This document shows positions 17,581-29,160 of a stretch of DNA of 64,000 bases, piece by piece; the stretch's first letter is position 1, and every line of letters starts with the position of its first letter. The notes beneath the pieces were generated by a model. That model searched no databases. It was not told where the DNA came from and saw only the letters and a list, made by a program, of their open reading frames with translations. The translations under genes were made by a program, and so were the position numbers. Location of the stretch: positions 3,840,001 through 3,904,000 of the forward strand of contig OZ242260.1 of NCBI GenBank assembly GCA_965207065.1, read 5' to 3'. The DNA comes from a bacterium. GTDB taxonomy: Bacteria > UBA8248.

Positions 17581-19911
17581 ATGATGAGAGTCTCCGTGAC
17601 GAAGAATAAATATGTAGCTTTTTTGAAAACAGATGGGCTTTATTTATCAATCGCAATTTTCTCCTTTGTAATTTTCTGGACGCCATCATCCCCGAGAGCA
17701 CAGCAAAACAGCGTTGCGCAAGTCCAAGCGCCGCCCACTACGTCCACAAAAAGTGACGAGGACCCTCGATCCTCAAGAGAACGTGAAGAATCCATCGCCA
17801 TCACGGCTGATGAGATACGAGAAGACCGGGAGCGGCAGCGGATTATCGGCCGCGGAGCTGCGGACATCCGGTATTTGGGCAAAAGGATCCGGGCGGACCA
17901 TATCGAGGTGCAAACATCCACGCGAGATGGCGTCGCCACCGGTAACATTGTTTTTCAAACTGCGAACGACCGTATTTTAGCCAACCGCATTGAATTCAAT
18001 CTCGATACCGAACGGTTGGTCGTGTTCAACGCGCGCGGCACCATCGGCACCACATATTATGTAACGGGACGAGTGATTCGGCGCCTGTCAGAAAACCGGT
18101 ATGAAGTCCAGGGGGGCACTTTCACCACATGTGAAGGGGAGCTTCCAGACTGGGCTTTCGGTTTCGAGCGGGCGACCTTCGAGGTCGAGGGCTACGCTAA
18201 ACTTGAAGCCCCCACCATGACGGTTAAGGGGGTGCCGGCAACTTTTTTACCCTGGGTTATGGTGCCGATAAAAACGAAAAGAGCCACCGGCTTCCTCCTG
18301 CCGGGCATCGGCTCGAGCAGTCGAAGCGGTTTCCAGTTTTCCCCCTCATTTTTCTGGGCCATCAACGATTCTACGGACGCCACTCTCGGTGTCGATTATT
18401 TCACAAAGCGCGGTACCCGCTATAAAGGAGAGTACCGCTACGCACCGAATCAAAACACCTCGGGACAGATAGCGGGTCGCTACCTGAAAGATAAAATCGA
18501 GCGGTCGACCTTCTGGGACGTCAGAGGCTTCCATCGCACGAATTTCAAGGATAAGGGCGCAAATCTACACGCCGTGGTCGATTTCCAAAAACGACCGCAG
18601 AACGACCGCTCTCTCGAAGACGGTTTGCTGACTCGCACACGCCAGGCTACCGACACCCATGTCACCTTCATGCAAAATCTCCCCCAAATATCCGGACAAC
18701 TCCAACTGGGAATGAGACGACGCGAGGGATTGGGCGAAAACGACGGGCAATTGTTCCAACGAGCTCCGGATATTGTCCTGGGCATCCACAACAAACGTCT
18801 GGGTAAAAGCAATTTTTATTTCAACCTGGATTCCTCCTTCACAAATTTCAGAAAAACGGAGTACGAAAATACGCTCCGCTTGAGCCGGTTTCATGTCGAA
18901 CCATCTTTGTCGCTTCGTTTGGAGACTGTTCCCTGGCTCGGCCTGACGCCCGAAATCGGATTCCGCAGAACCCACTGGACGCACCAAAGAACAGTACCTG
19001 GATTGGGCTCGGACTTCGATGACACGCAACATATAGAATCCGGCCTTTCACGTGAAATGTGGTTTACGAGGCTTCATGCGATTGGCCCGCGATACAGTAA
19101 AGTCTACCCAGGTGAACTAGGCCCCTTCCAGGATTTCAAGCATATCCTCTCGTTTGAAGCGAAATATCTATACAGCCCGAACAACGACTCGTACGACAGA
19201 AGCCTGATCATCCCCTTGGACCCGGTGGACACTCTGCAGCATGAACATGCCGTCGAATACGCCATCGTGAACCGTGTACTGACGAAACTACCCACAAAAG
19301 ACGGGTTCCAGACAAGGCAGTTGTTTCGCTACCGAATCAGCCAGACTTATGATCTCGTCGAAGCGCGAAGGAATGAAGGACTGGACACGAAACCGAAACG
19401 TCCTTTGAGCGACATTACTTTCAGGCTCGAATCACAGCCCTTTTCCAAACTACGTCTGCTGCAACAATTCAAATACAACCCCTACGACCTGGAAATCAGC
19501 GAACACTCCACAGGTGTCTTTCTCGACGGCGGGAAGGAGTGGTATCTCAACGTAGATAGAACCTGGACGCGTCAAAGGGTCAATTATCAGGAAAACGAAG
19601 AAGGTAGTTACCTGAATTTCGCCGGGGGGTTCTCTCTCAACGAGAATCTTTCCTTCGAATATTTTTCGCGTATTAACAAAACGGAAAAGACAACATTGGA
19701 GCAAAGCATAACGGCACGCTACCTCGATTGTTGCTGGGGCATGGAACTCACGATCACCGACACCAAGGATAAAAGCGACGTCTTCCTCGGCTTTAGCCTC
19801 ATCGGTCTGCTCGAAAGCGAGAGGGGCCTGGGTTTCACGAGTAGACCAACTGTTTCACGAAGAGGCGGATTTGGGGCAATCAGCTCATGGGCGTCTTCAT
19901 TTTTTGAGTAA
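17581..19911 (+). CDS. lptD: LPS assembly protein LptD
   Basis: OstA-like N-terminus, FTTC, KRATGFLLP, FFWAI, beta-strand-rich C-terminus with DCCW. Confidence 0.85.
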   Translation: MMRVSVTKNKYVAFLKTDGLYLSIAIFSFVIFWTPSSPRAQQNSVAQVQAPPTTSTKSDEDPRSSREREESIAITADEIREDRERQRIIGRGAADIRYLGKRIRADHIEVQTSTRDGVATGNIVFQTANDRILANRIEFNLDTERLVVFNARGTIGTTYYVTGRVIRRLSENRYEVQGGTFTTCEGELPDWAFGFERATFEVEGYAKLEAPTMTVKGVPATFLPWVMVPIKTKRATGFLLPGIGSSSRSGFQFSPSFFWAINDSTDATLGVDYFTKRGTRYKGEYRYAPNQNTSGQIAGRYLKDKIERSTFWDVRGFHRTNFKDKGANLHAVVDFQKRPQNDRSLEDGLLTRTRQATDTHVTFMQNLPQISGQLQLGMRRREGLGENDGQLFQRAPDIVLGIHNKRLGKSNFYFNLDSSFTNFRKTEYENTLRLSRFHVEPSLSLRLETVPWLGLTPEIGFRRTHWTHQRTVPGLGSDFDDTQHIESGLSREMWFTRLHAIGPRYSKVYPGELGPFQDFKHILSFEAKYLYSPNNDSYDRSLIIPLDPVDTLQHEHAVEYAIVNRVLTKLPTKDGFQTRQLFRYRISQTYDLVEARRNEGLDTKPKRPLSDITFRLESQPFSKLRLLQQFKYNPYDLEISEHSTGVFLDGGKEWYLNVDRTWTRQRVNYQENEEGSYLNFAGGFSLNENLSFEYFSRINKTEKTTLEQSITARYLDCCWGMELTITDTKDKSDVFLGFSLIGLLESERGLGFTSRPTVSRRGGFGAISSWASSFFE

Positions 19912-19963
19912 AATCGCGCGTTTATTCTCTAATTTTACGTACAACCTGCTTGTTTGATGAAGG

Positions 19964-21307
19964 GTGAGCAGTCCAGTGAACATTTGCGTTATCGGCTGTG
20001 GATATGTCGGGTTGGTCACAGGAGCCGTGTTTGCCGATTTGGGCAACGATGTCATCGGCGTGGATATCGACAAGAGCCGCGTGGATATCCTGAACACGGG
20101 CGACTGCCCCATTCATGAACCCAGACTGCCCGAACTGCTGAAGCGTAACTTAAGTGAGGGCAGGCTCACGTTCACCACCTCGATACCCGAAGCCGTTTCG
20201 GAGAGTGAGATCATTTTCATTTGCGTGGGCACCCCAACTGCAGAGGATGGCGGCACCGATCTCTCGCAAGTAGAAGCGGCTGCCGCGGATATCGCCCGCT
20301 CGGTGCATGATTACAAGATCATCGTCAACAAAAGCACCGTGCCCGTCGGCACTGGGGATTTCGTTCGTGAGGTCATCGAAAAAAATGGCGTCGCCCCGAC
20401 AGATTTCGACGTAGTATGCAATCCGGAATTCCTGCGCGAAGGGCAAGCAGTGCGGGATACGCTCCAGCCGGAACGTATCGTCATCGGCTCATCATCTGAG
20501 AAAGCGGCGGAAATCGTCCAGCTTCTATATCAGGCCCTGAACGCACCTTGCATCATCACGGACACGCAAAGCGCCGAGTTAATCAAATATGCTTCGAACG
20601 CGTTTTTGGCGACGAAAATTACTTTCATCAACGCGGTGGCAAACCTTTGCGAGAAGACACAGGCGGACATCCGCGAAGTGGCAAAAGGAGTTGGCGCGGA
20701 CTCGCGGATTGGCCACGACTTTCTGGGTGCAGGACTGGGCTATGGCGGTTCCTGCTTTCCCAAAGACGTGGACGCCCTATTGCACGCCTCTAGAAGGCTT
20801 GGCGTTGAAATGTCGATTTTAGAAGCCGTACGAGCGGAAAACGACAGTCGGGTGCCACGTTTCGTGCAAAGAATCATCGAGAGACTCGGTGAGAAACATT
20901 CCCTGCCGCTCGAGGGGCAAACCATCGGCCTTTTGGGGCTATCGTTCAAGCCTGACACGGATGACATGCGAGAGGCGAAAAGCATCGAGATTTGTTACGC
21001 GCTCCGCAAAGCTGGCGCCAGGCTGCGCGCATACGACCCCATTGCCACCGCAAACGCCAGACGGATTGTTGGCAATGAGAGCATCGAATACTGCCAAAGC
21101 CCCTACGAGGCGGCGAAAGGAACAAGCGGAATTGTTATCGTCACCGAGTGGCGCGAATTTATTCAGTTGAATCTGAATCGCCTGAAATCAGAGATGGTGG
21201 AGCCAATTATATTCGACGGCCGAAACATATACTCTTCTGAGCAAGTAACAGATGCTGGCTTTGAATATTTCAGCATCGGGAAAACACCGGCTAATCCTCG
21301 AGAATGA
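19964..21307 (+). CDS. ugd: UDP-glucose 6-dehydrogenase
   Basis: [29 protein letters not shown]. Confidence 0.95.
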   Translation: MSSPVNICVIGCGYVGLVTGAVFADLGNDVIGVDIDKSRVDILNTGDCPIHEPRLPELLKRNLSEGRLTFTTSIPEAVSESEIIFICVGTPTAEDGGTDLSQVEAAAADIARSVHDYKIIVNKSTVPVGTGDFVREVIEKNGVAPTDFDVVCNPEFLREGQAVRDTLQPERIVIGSSSEKAAEIVQLLYQALNAPCIITDTQSAELIKYASNAFLATKITFINAVANLCEKTQADIREVAKGVGADSRIGHDFLGAGLGYGGSCFPKDVDALLHASRRLGVEMSILEAVRAENDSRVPRFVQRIIERLGEKHSLPLEGQTIGLLGLSFKPDTDDMREAKSIEICYALRKAGARLRAYDPIATANARRIVGNESIEYCQSPYEAAKGTSGIVIVTEWREFIQLNLNRLKSEMVEPIIFDGRNIYSSEQVTDAGFEYFSIGKTPANPRE

Positions 21308-22260
21308 AAAACTCTCGCGTTGTGGTTACAGGTGGAGCGGGCTTCATCGGATCCCATTTGTGCGACAAACTCATCGCTCTGGGCAACGATGTCGTTTGCG
21401 TCGACAATTTCCTTACCGGAAACCTCTCCAACATCGCACACCTCCTCGAAAACGAACATCCGAATTTTGCTCTCATTAAACACAACGTTAGCGAACATAT
21501 TTACGTCGAGGGAAACGTGGACGCGGTTTTTCATCTCGCAAGTCCGGCAAGCCCGAATGACTATTTGAAGTTTCCCATCCAAACACTAAAGGTCGGCTCC
21601 CTCGGCACACACAATGCCCTTGGGCTTGCAAAAGAGAAACAAGCGCGCTTTTTGCTGGCATCCACCTCGGAAGTATATGGCGACCCCCAGATTCATCCGC
21701 AGCACGAGGAATATTGGGGCCACGTAAACCCCATAGGTCCGCGCGGCGTATATGACGAAGCCAAGAGATTCTCAGAAGCCATGACCATGGCCTATCATCG
21801 AACGCATGGCCTCAACGCGCACATAGCTCGCATCTTCAATACTTATGGTCCGAGAATGCGAATCGCAGACGGACGCGCCATACCCGCCTTCATCACGCAA
21901 TCCATACGGAACGAACCCATCAGCGTTTTTGGCGATGGCAAGCAGACGCGAAGTTTTTGTTTCATCACCGATCTCATCAATGGACTAATCAAGCTGATGG
22001 ACAGTGAAATTCATGAACCCATCAACCTCGGAAATCCTTCCGAGATGACGATTCTCGACCTCGCGGAGAAAATCATCGCACTCGCGGGCACAGACTCAAA
22101 CATTCAGCATGAACCACTGCCCGTAGATGATCCGAAGATTCGCCAACCTGACATCACGAAAGCGGAAAAACATCTTGCTTGGGAGCCAGCGATTTCCATT
22201 GAGGAGGGTCTCCTAGTCACAATAGATGACTTCAGGGAACGATTAAACATCAACCCTTGA
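21304..22260 (+). CDS. UDP-glucuronate decarboxylase (UDP-xylose synthase) family SDR
   Basis: [45 protein letters not shown]. Confidence 0.92.
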   Translation: MKNSRVVVTGGAGFIGSHLCDKLIALGNDVVCVDNFLTGNLSNIAHLLENEHPNFALIKHNVSEHIYVEGNVDAVFHLASPASPNDYLKFPIQTLKVGSLGTHNALGLAKEKQARFLLASTSEVYGDPQIHPQHEEYWGHVNPIGPRGVYDEAKRFSEAMTMAYHRTHGLNAHIARIFNTYGPRMRIADGRAIPAFITQSIRNEPISVFGDGKQTRSFCFITDLINGLIKLMDSEIHEPINLGNPSEMTILDLAEKIIALAGTDSNIQHEPLPVDDPKIRQPDITKAEKHLAWEPAISIEEGLLVTIDDFRERLNINP

Positions 22261-22298
22261 AATACAGCACGTGGATCGGCTAGATTGCAGGGCACTGG

Positions 22299-22928
22299 GT
22301 GGATTCCCTGTTCCACCCTCCTTACCGCCCCAATACTCAGAGGCATCCTTTGGGATCATCGGCAAAGGAATTCCTGGCCGAACGCGCCGTGAAATATGAA
22401 TCGCTTGCCACGAGCGACTACCCCCGGGACGTAGACTATATCTGCAGCGTCATCGTCGAATGCCTGGAATCTGAAAGGAAAATTATCGCCTTCGGCAACG
22501 GAGGGAGCGCCGCGCTCGCCATGCACTTCACGGGTGAACTCGTAGGCCGCTTTCTGGCTGATCGCGCTCCTCTGCCCGCTATCTGCCTCAGCGGCGATAC
22601 AAGCGCCCTCACCGCCATCGGGAACGACTACGCATATGAGGAAATTTTTGCGCGGCAAGTTCAGGCGCACGGACGAATGGGAGACGTCGCCCTGGGTCTG
22701 AGCACGAGCGGCAAGTCAGCCAATGTCGTCAACGCTATCAAACGAGCCGACGCCCTTGGATTAATTGGCATCGCGATGACCGGCGGGGGTGGTGGCCCAG
22801 CCTCCCAGGCTGCGAAACATTCAGTGAATGTGCCCTCGAATGACACCGGGTTCATACAGGAAGCCCATGAAGCCGCTCTTCATTATATCTGCCACCGCAT
22901 TGATGAGGTTTTCACCAAGGACCCGTAA
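22299..22928 (+). CDS. gmhA: Phosphoheptose isomerase (SIS domain)
   Basis: GNGGSAA, TAIGNDY, STSGKS, IQEAH; start uncertain. Confidence 0.88.
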   Translation: MDSLFHPPYRPNTQRHPLGSSAKEFLAERAVKYESLATSDYPRDVDYICSVIVECLESERKIIAFGNGGSAALAMHFTGELVGRFLADRAPLPAICLSGDTSALTAIGNDYAYEEIFARQVQAHGRMGDVALGLSTSGKSANVVNAIKRADALGLIGIAMTGGGGGPASQAAKHSVNVPSNDTGFIQEAHEAALHYICHRIDEVFTKDP

Positions 22929-22981
22929 TAACGAAAAATCGCCCTCAATGGCTGAGTGTAAATTACGACGGGACGCGAAAC

Positions 22982-23776
22982 ATGGAAATTGGAATTTTAG
23001 GGAGCGGTAGTCGGGGAAACGCCGCTTTGGTTCGCTCAAACGGCGCGACGTTTCTCGTCGATGCGGGCCTCAGCGCACGGCAAATCACAAAACGACTCGA
23101 AACTTATGGCCTTAGCCCGCAGGACCTGATGGCCATCGTGCTAACGCATGAACACATTGATCACATCAGAAGCGCGGGCACTTTGGCGAGAAGGTGGAAT
23201 CTACCCCTTTGGACAAACAAAGCCACATACACGGCGAGCCTGGAAACAATAGGCGAAACCCCTGCGTGGACGGAAATTGAAGTGGGGCTCCCCTTTCAAC
23301 TTGGTAGTATTAAAGTGGAGCCTTTCAGCACACCCCATGACGCAGCCGATCCCTTCGGGATGATATTGAACGCCGAAGACGGGCGACGAGTCGGCTTCGC
23401 CACCGACATGGGATTCGCCACGAATCTGGCGCGCCAGCGGCTTCAGGGGCTTCAAGGACTTGTCCTGGAATTCAATCATGACGTGGAAATGCTCATCAAC
23501 GGCCCCTACCCCTGGCCGATCAAACAGAGGATTCGAGGAAAACTCGGACACCTCAGCAACGAGGAAGCTGCGAATCTGCTCAAGAATATCGTTACAGCCG
23601 ACTTCGAGTGGCTCATCTGCGCTCATATCTCACTAGAGAACAACGAGAACCAGCTTATTCTGGAGACGGCTCGAAAAGCGTTGAACGGCCACGGCCGGAG
23701 AAATCTCCTGAGCGCCTCCCAGGATGAACCGACACCCATTATGGGCGCCGGTGGAATAACGGAGGGTCTTCCTTGA
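22982..23776 (+). CDS. MBL-fold metallo-hydrolase (YycJ/WalJ-like)
   Basis: SGSRGN, THEHIDH, PHDA, GHLSN. Confidence 0.9.
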   Translation: MEIGILGSGSRGNAALVRSNGATFLVDAGLSARQITKRLETYGLSPQDLMAIVLTHEHIDHIRSAGTLARRWNLPLWTNKATYTASLETIGETPAWTEIEVGLPFQLGSIKVEPFSTPHDAADPFGMILNAEDGRRVGFATDMGFATNLARQRLQGLQGLVLEFNHDVEMLINGPYPWPIKQRIRGKLGHLSNEEAANLLKNIVTADFEWLICAHISLENNENQLILETARKALNGHGRRNLLSASQDEPTPIMGAGGITEGLP

Positions 23777-25080
23777 TTCCGAGATATACACGCCCCGAAA
23801 TGGCGAAAATATGGGAAGAACGGGAAAAGCTGCAACGCATGCTCGACGTGGAGATAGCCGTTTGTGAGGAAATGAGCGCTCGTGGCGAAATTCCTGAGGA
23901 GGCGCTTGAGGAAATCAAGTCGAAGGCAGCTTTCGAACCCGAGCGAATCAAAGATATCGAGCGCGTCACCAAGCACGACGTCATCGCCTTTCTCACCAAC
24001 GTAGCGGAGCATGTAGGGCCATCCTCGCGCTACATCCACCTCGGCATGACGAGCAGCGACGTCCTCGATACCGGCCTTGCGCTTCAGCTCATTTCTGCGG
24101 CCGACATCATTCTCGATGATATTCAGGAACTCAAAAAGACACTGAAAGAACGGGCTCTGGAGCAAAAACGCACCATCATATCGGGCAGAACCCACGGGAT
24201 GCACGCCGAGCCGACCACCTTGGGCCTCAAAATTGCCACCTGGTACACCGAGTTCGAGCGCGCATACGAGCGAATGCAACGCGCGCGAGAAGCCGTTCGT
24301 GTCGGCCAGATATCAGGCGCCGTAGGCGCGTGTCCCCACATCCCGCCGGATGCCGAAAAGGCCATCTGCGAGCGCCTGGGACTCAAGGTGGACCGCGTGA
24401 GCAGCCAAATCATCCAGCGCGACCGCCATGCGGAGTACCACCTTGCTCTAGCTCTCGTGGCGGCGAGCATCTCCCGCGTGGCGACTGAGGTGCGCCACCT
24501 GCAAAGGAACGAAGTGGGCGAGGCGGAAGAGTTCTTCAGCAAGGGCCAGAAAGGAAGCTCCGCCATGCCCCACAAGAGAAACCCCGTAGTTTCGGAACAA
24601 CTGTGCGGCCTTGCCCGCGTAGTGCAGGGGAACGCCACGGCGGCTCTGCAGAACGTCCCTCTATGGCACGAACGCGATATATCCCATTCATCCGTGGAAC
24701 GCGTCATATTGCCGGACAGCACGATTCTCGTGGATTACATGCTGGTCAAACTTAACGATTTGATGAAGAACTGGGTCGTGTATCCCGACAAAATGCTGGA
24801 AAACCTCGCGCGCTCGAAAGGATTGCTCCTCAGTGAGCACGTCATGCTCGCCCTGATACGAAAAACGGGCATCACACGGGAAGAAGCCTACGCGCGAGTT
24901 CAGGCTCCCGCCATGGAAATTTGGGCAGAGGGAGGCGATTTTCAGGCGAAACTGGCGGCGAACCCGGAAGTGGGGGGCGTGTTGGGTAAAGAGGAACTCG
25001 CGCATTGCTTTGACATGGACGCCCACCTGAAAAATCTGGACCGGATTTTCGAGCGTGTCTTCGATTCCGAAGGAGACTGA
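23773..25080 (+). CDS. purB: Adenylosuccinate lyase
   Basis: HDVIAF, TSSDVLDT, GRTHG, GSSAMPHKRNP. Confidence 0.97.
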   Translation: MIPRYTRPEMAKIWEEREKLQRMLDVEIAVCEEMSARGEIPEEALEEIKSKAAFEPERIKDIERVTKHDVIAFLTNVAEHVGPSSRYIHLGMTSSDVLDTGLALQLISAADIILDDIQELKKTLKERALEQKRTIISGRTHGMHAEPTTLGLKIATWYTEFERAYERMQRAREAVRVGQISGAVGACPHIPPDAEKAICERLGLKVDRVSSQIIQRDRHAEYHLALALVAASISRVATEVRHLQRNEVGEAEEFFSKGQKGSSAMPHKRNPVVSEQLCGLARVVQGNATAALQNVPLWHERDISHSSVERVILPDSTILVDYMLVKLNDLMKNWVVYPDKMLENLARSKGLLLSEHVMLALIRKTGITREEAYARVQAPAMEIWAEGGDFQAKLAANPEVGGVLGKEELAHCFDMDAHLKNLDRIFERVFDSEGD

Positions 25081-25233
25081 AACTGAATACGCGGGGTGAC
25101 AAACATCGGCTCGGTTATGTTAGGATAGCACCTCTTTACCGCCCGGAATGGTCGTTTTCAACCCATTCAAATGATGGAATAACCCCCTGAGACGAAGGCT
25201 CGAATTCAGCGACCCTCGTATGGAGAATTGTTC

Positions 25234-25947
25234 ATGGAACGCGGCAGACATGTTTACGAAGGCAAGGCCAAAATCATCTACGAGACCGACAACCCGGACT
25301 ATTATATCCAGTTCTTCAAAGACGATGCGTCCGCCTTTAATGCCAAGAAACTGGGCACCATCGAGGCGAAAGGGGTTTTCAACAACTCCATCTCATCTCG
25401 CCTGCTGCAAGAGGTAGAGCGCCAGGGCATTCCCACGCATTTCGTGGAAAAACTCTCCGATCGGGAGATGCTGGTGAAGAAACTCGACATCATCCTGGTC
25501 GAGGTTGTGCTGAGAAATATCATCGCGGGAAGTCTGGCCAAAAGAATGGGCGTGGAAGAAGGCGCGCGTCTTCCGAACACAATCGTCGATCTACATCTGA
25601 AAAACGATGAGCTCGACGATCCGCTCATCAACGAAGACACCGCCGTGGCCTTCGGCTTGGCGACACGAGAAGAACTCGCCCAGATGCGTGAATACGCCTT
25701 CCAAGTGAACGACATCCTCACCGCGTTCTTCTCCGAGCGAAATATTGACCTCGTGGATTTCAAGCTCGAATTCGGACGCTGCGCAGCCGAGGACGGCAAG
25801 CTGCTCCTGGGCGATGAAATCACCCCGGACGGTTGCCGATTCTGGGAAAAGGGTACGGGCCGAAAACTGGATAAGGACCGCTTCCGCAGGGATTTAGGAC
25901 AGGTCGAAGACGCATACGCCGAAGTCGAAAAACTCGTTATAGAATAA
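25234..25947 (+). CDS. purC: SAICAR synthase
   Basis: YEGKAK, FKDDA, DFKLEFG, DEITPD, DKDRFR. Confidence 0.97.
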   Translation: MERGRHVYEGKAKIIYETDNPDYYIQFFKDDASAFNAKKLGTIEAKGVFNNSISSRLLQEVERQGIPTHFVEKLSDREMLVKKLDIILVEVVLRNIIAGSLAKRMGVEEGARLPNTIVDLHLKNDELDDPLINEDTAVAFGLATREELAQMREYAFQVNDILTAFFSERNIDLVDFKLEFGRCAAEDGKLLLGDEITPDGCRFWEKGTGRKLDKDRFRRDLGQVEDAYAEVEKLVIE

Positions 25948-25966
25948 CTTTCGCCCTGAGGTGGTT

Positions 25967-26230
25967 ATGCCGAAAGCCCTCGTCTACGTGACATACAAAG
26001 CGGGCGTACTCGACCCCCAGGGGGAAGCCGTCCGGGGAGCGCTCTCCTCTCTCGGATTCAAAGGAGTGAACGACGTGCGCGTAGGGAAATACATAGAGAT
26101 AGAGATCGATGACACGGGCAACATTCATGACGATCTGGAGAGAATGTGCCACGACCTGCTCGCCAACCCCGTAATCGAAGACTATCGTATCGAAATGGCG
26201 GATGAATCCACGAACGGCGAGAGACAATAA
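25967..26230 (+). CDS. purS: FGAM synthase subunit PurS
   Basis: [21 protein letters not shown]. Confidence 0.95.
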   Translation: MPKALVYVTYKAGVLDPQGEAVRGALSSLGFKGVNDVRVGKYIEIEIDDTGNIHDDLERMCHDLLANPVIEDYRIEMADESTNGERQ

Positions 26231-26925
26231 TGCAGTTCGCCGTCATCGTCTTTCCCGGATCAAATTGCGATCACGACTGCTACCATGCCATCAAGGACGT
26301 CCTCAAGCAGCCGGTGCGTTTCGTCTGGCACAAGGAAACCTCCCTGGGAGACACGGAGGTAGCTATACTCCCCGGAGGTTTCAGTTATGGGGATTATCTG
26401 AGAGCCGGCGCCATATCGCGTTTCTCACCTATCATGAATGCTGTCTCGGCGCATGCCCGGGAAGGGCGTCCCCTGCTCGGCATATGCAACGGCTTTCAGT
26501 GTCTGACTGAATCGGGCCTCCTGCCCGGCGCCTTGAGGCGAAATGAGTCGCTTCGCTTCGTTTGTGACGAGGTTTGGCTCAAATGCGAAACCCCGAGAAC
26601 CCCCTTCACCTGCGGCATCGAGCCGGAAGAAATCCTCAAAATGACCATCGCACACGGCGAGGGAAACTACTATTGCGATTCTGAGACGCTCGCCGAACTC
26701 GAAGACAACGACCAAATCGTTTTTCGCTACACCGACGCGGAGGGTGACGTGAACCCCGAAGCGAATCCCAACGGATCGATGAATAATATCGCGGGTATAT
26801 CCAATCTAGCGGGTAACGTAGTAGGCCTGATGCCACATCCCGAGCGCAGTTGCGATTCCCAGCTGGGCGGTGAGGACGGGCTCAAGATGTTCATGTCCGT
26901 TCTGCGGATGGTGGCCTCGTCGTGA
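26230..26925 (+). CDS. purQ: FGAM synthase glutaminase subunit
   Basis: [30 protein letters not shown]. Confidence 0.97.
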   Translation: MQFAVIVFPGSNCDHDCYHAIKDVLKQPVRFVWHKETSLGDTEVAILPGGFSYGDYLRAGAISRFSPIMNAVSAHAREGRPLLGICNGFQCLTESGLLPGALRRNESLRFVCDEVWLKCETPRTPFTCGIEPEEILKMTIAHGEGNYYCDSETLAELEDNDQIVFRYTDAEGDVNPEANPNGSMNNIAGISNLAGNVVGLMPHPERSCDSQLGGEDGLKMFMSVLRMVASS

Positions 26926-29159
26926 TCACGACAGACACACTCGCCACGAGGGAGATGGCCCTCGACCATGGCCTTTCCGCGGATGAGTGGGAAAAGATAA
27001 CGGAAACCCTGGGGCGCAAACCCAACGTTACGGAACTCGGCGTATTCTCCGCCATGTGGAATGAGCACTGCTCGTATAAAAGCAGCCGCATCCACCTGAA
27101 AAAGTTTCCCACACAAGGCCCCCACGTCCTTCAAGGACCCGGAGAAAACGCGGGCGTCGTCGACTTAGGTGAAGGACTAGCCGTCGCATTCAAGATGGAG
27201 AGCCACAATCACCCCTCTTTCATCGAGCCCTACCAAGGCGCAGCCACCGGAGTGGGCGGCATTTTGAGGGATATCTTCACGATGGGCGCGCGGCCCATCG
27301 CATTGCTCGACAGCCTGCGTTTCGGAGCGCCGGAACATCCCCGCACGCCCTATCTCGTCGGGGGTGTCGTGGGCGGCATCGCAGGTTACGGGAATTGCAT
27401 CGGCGTTCCAACGGTGGGTGGAGAAACGAAATTTCATCCCTGCTACAACGGGAACATTCTGGTGAACGTCATGTGCGCGGGCATCATGCGCTCAGACGCG
27501 ATATTCCGGGGCACGGCTTCTGGCGTCGGAAACCCGGTCATCTACGTCGGCGCGCCCACCGGGCGAGACGGAATTCACGGCGCTTCCATGGCGTCGGCGG
27601 GTTTCGATGATACCGCTCTGGAAAAGAGACCCACCGTTCAGGTGGGAGATCCGTTCCGGGAAAAACTCCTGCTCGAGGCGTGCCTGGAATTGATGAAGCG
27701 CGGCTCCGTGGTCGGCATCCAGGATATGGGAGCCGCCGGCCTCACCTCCTCTTCCGTCGAAATGGCGGGCCGCGCAGGTACCGGCCTTCTGCTTCGCCTG
27801 GATGCGGTGCCTTGCCGGGAAGAGGCAATGACGCCTTATGAGATGATGCTCTCGGAAAGCCAGGAGCGGATGCTGCTGGTAGCTGAGAAAGGCAGAGAAT
27901 CCGAGGTACGGGAAATATTCGAACGGTGGGATTTGCCGGTGTCCGTTGTGGGGGAAGTAACCCGGGACGGGAGGCTTCGCGCAACCTTCTGTGGGGATGA
28001 AGTCGCCGATCTGCCCGTATCTTCGCTGACGGATGACGCGCCTTCCTATGACCGCTCAAGAAAACCAGAACGCAGGCTCCCACTCGAAGAGCCCTTAAAC
28101 AAACTGCCGGAGCCGAAAGATTTAGGGGCCACCCTGCTCAAGATGCTGGCTCACCCCAACCATGGGGACAAAAAGCCGATATGGCGTCAGTATGACTACA
28201 AGGTTCGCACGAACACGATGACACCTCCGGGCGGAGACGCCGCCGTCATCCGAATAAAGGGCACGAACAAGGCAATGGCCCTCACGACGGATGGGAACGC
28301 ACGATACAGCATGCTCGATCCCTACAAAGGGGGGATGCTGGCCGTGGCGGAAGCCGCGCGAAACATCTGCTGCGTAGGCGCAAAACCGCTCGCGATTACG
28401 AATTGCCTCAACTTCGGCAATCCGGAGCGCCCCGCCGTCATGTCCCAATTCTCCTCCTCGATTGAGGGCATGGCGCAAGCGTGCCGTTCTCTGGGCTTGC
28501 CCGTGGTGAGCGGTAACGTGAGCTTCTACAACGAAACGCACCAAGTCGATATCTACCCCACCCCGATCATCGGCATGGTGGGTCTGCTCGAAGACACCCA
28601 AAAAAGAGCAGGCCATGGATTCGTCTCGGAGGATGACGTCATCGCTCTGATTCACCCCAAAGACGAAGCGCCATTGCCGCATGCATGCGCCCATGAGTAC
28701 GTTTGGGTGGAAACAGGGGAAGAAGGAGGCGACGCACCGGAGATTTCGCTGGATGCGGAAAAGGCCGTGCAGGCGGCTTGCAGGCGCGGCATCGAATCAG
28801 ATCTGTTGCGGTCCGCACACGATCTTTCCGAAGGCGGTTTGGGAATCGCTTTGGCCGAATCCGCGCTCGCATCGCCAAAAAGCAGCCTTGGAGCCGAGTT
28901 GCGGCTTCCCGAGCAGGAGGGCAGGCTCGACGGCTTATTATATGGCGAAGCCGCATCGCGTATTCTGGTGAGCGTATCTCCTCAGTCGGTGAGCGCTCTG
29001 CGAGAGACCGTACAAAGTTGCGGTGCGGAACTAACGCACATCGGTCGCGTGCAGGAGAGTGCTTTCGTCGTCAAAACAACCGATAATGCCCCCCTCATTA
29101 ACCTGGCCATGCCCGAAATCGTGGCGGCATGGTCGAACGCCCTCTCCGAGGTGCTGTGA
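26922..29159 (+). CDS. purL: FGAM synthase subunit PurL
   Basis: EHCSYKS, ESHNHPS, DMGAAG, SESQERM, SGNVS. Confidence 0.97.
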   Translation: MITTDTLATREMALDHGLSADEWEKITETLGRKPNVTELGVFSAMWNEHCSYKSSRIHLKKFPTQGPHVLQGPGENAGVVDLGEGLAVAFKMESHNHPSFIEPYQGAATGVGGILRDIFTMGARPIALLDSLRFGAPEHPRTPYLVGGVVGGIAGYGNCIGVPTVGGETKFHPCYNGNILVNVMCAGIMRSDAIFRGTASGVGNPVIYVGAPTGRDGIHGASMASAGFDDTALEKRPTVQVGDPFREKLLLEACLELMKRGSVVGIQDMGAAGLTSSSVEMAGRAGTGLLLRLDAVPCREEAMTPYEMMLSESQERMLLVAEKGRESEVREIFERWDLPVSVVGEVTRDGRLRATFCGDEVADLPVSSLTDDAPSYDRSRKPERRLPLEEPLNKLPEPKDLGATLLKMLAHPNHGDKKPIWRQYDYKVRTNTMTPPGGDAAVIRIKGTNKAMALTTDGNARYSMLDPYKGGMLAVAEAARNICCVGAKPLAITNCLNFGNPERPAVMSQFSSSIEGMAQACRSLGLPVVSGNVSFYNETHQVDIYPTPIIGMVGLLEDTQKRAGHGFVSEDDVIALIHPKDEAPLPHACAHEYVWVETGEEGGDAPEISLDAEKAVQAACRRGIESDLLRSAHDLSEGGLGIALAESALASPKSSLGAELRLPEQEGRLDGLLYGEAASRILVSVSPQSVSALRETVQSCGAELTHIGRVQESAFVVKTTDNAPLINLAMPEIVAAWSNALSEVL

Positions 29160-29160
29160 G

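Noticed and set aside
25081-25230. Purine, ZTP or PRPP riboswitch before purC
   Set aside because: No recognisable aptamer consensus or terminator.
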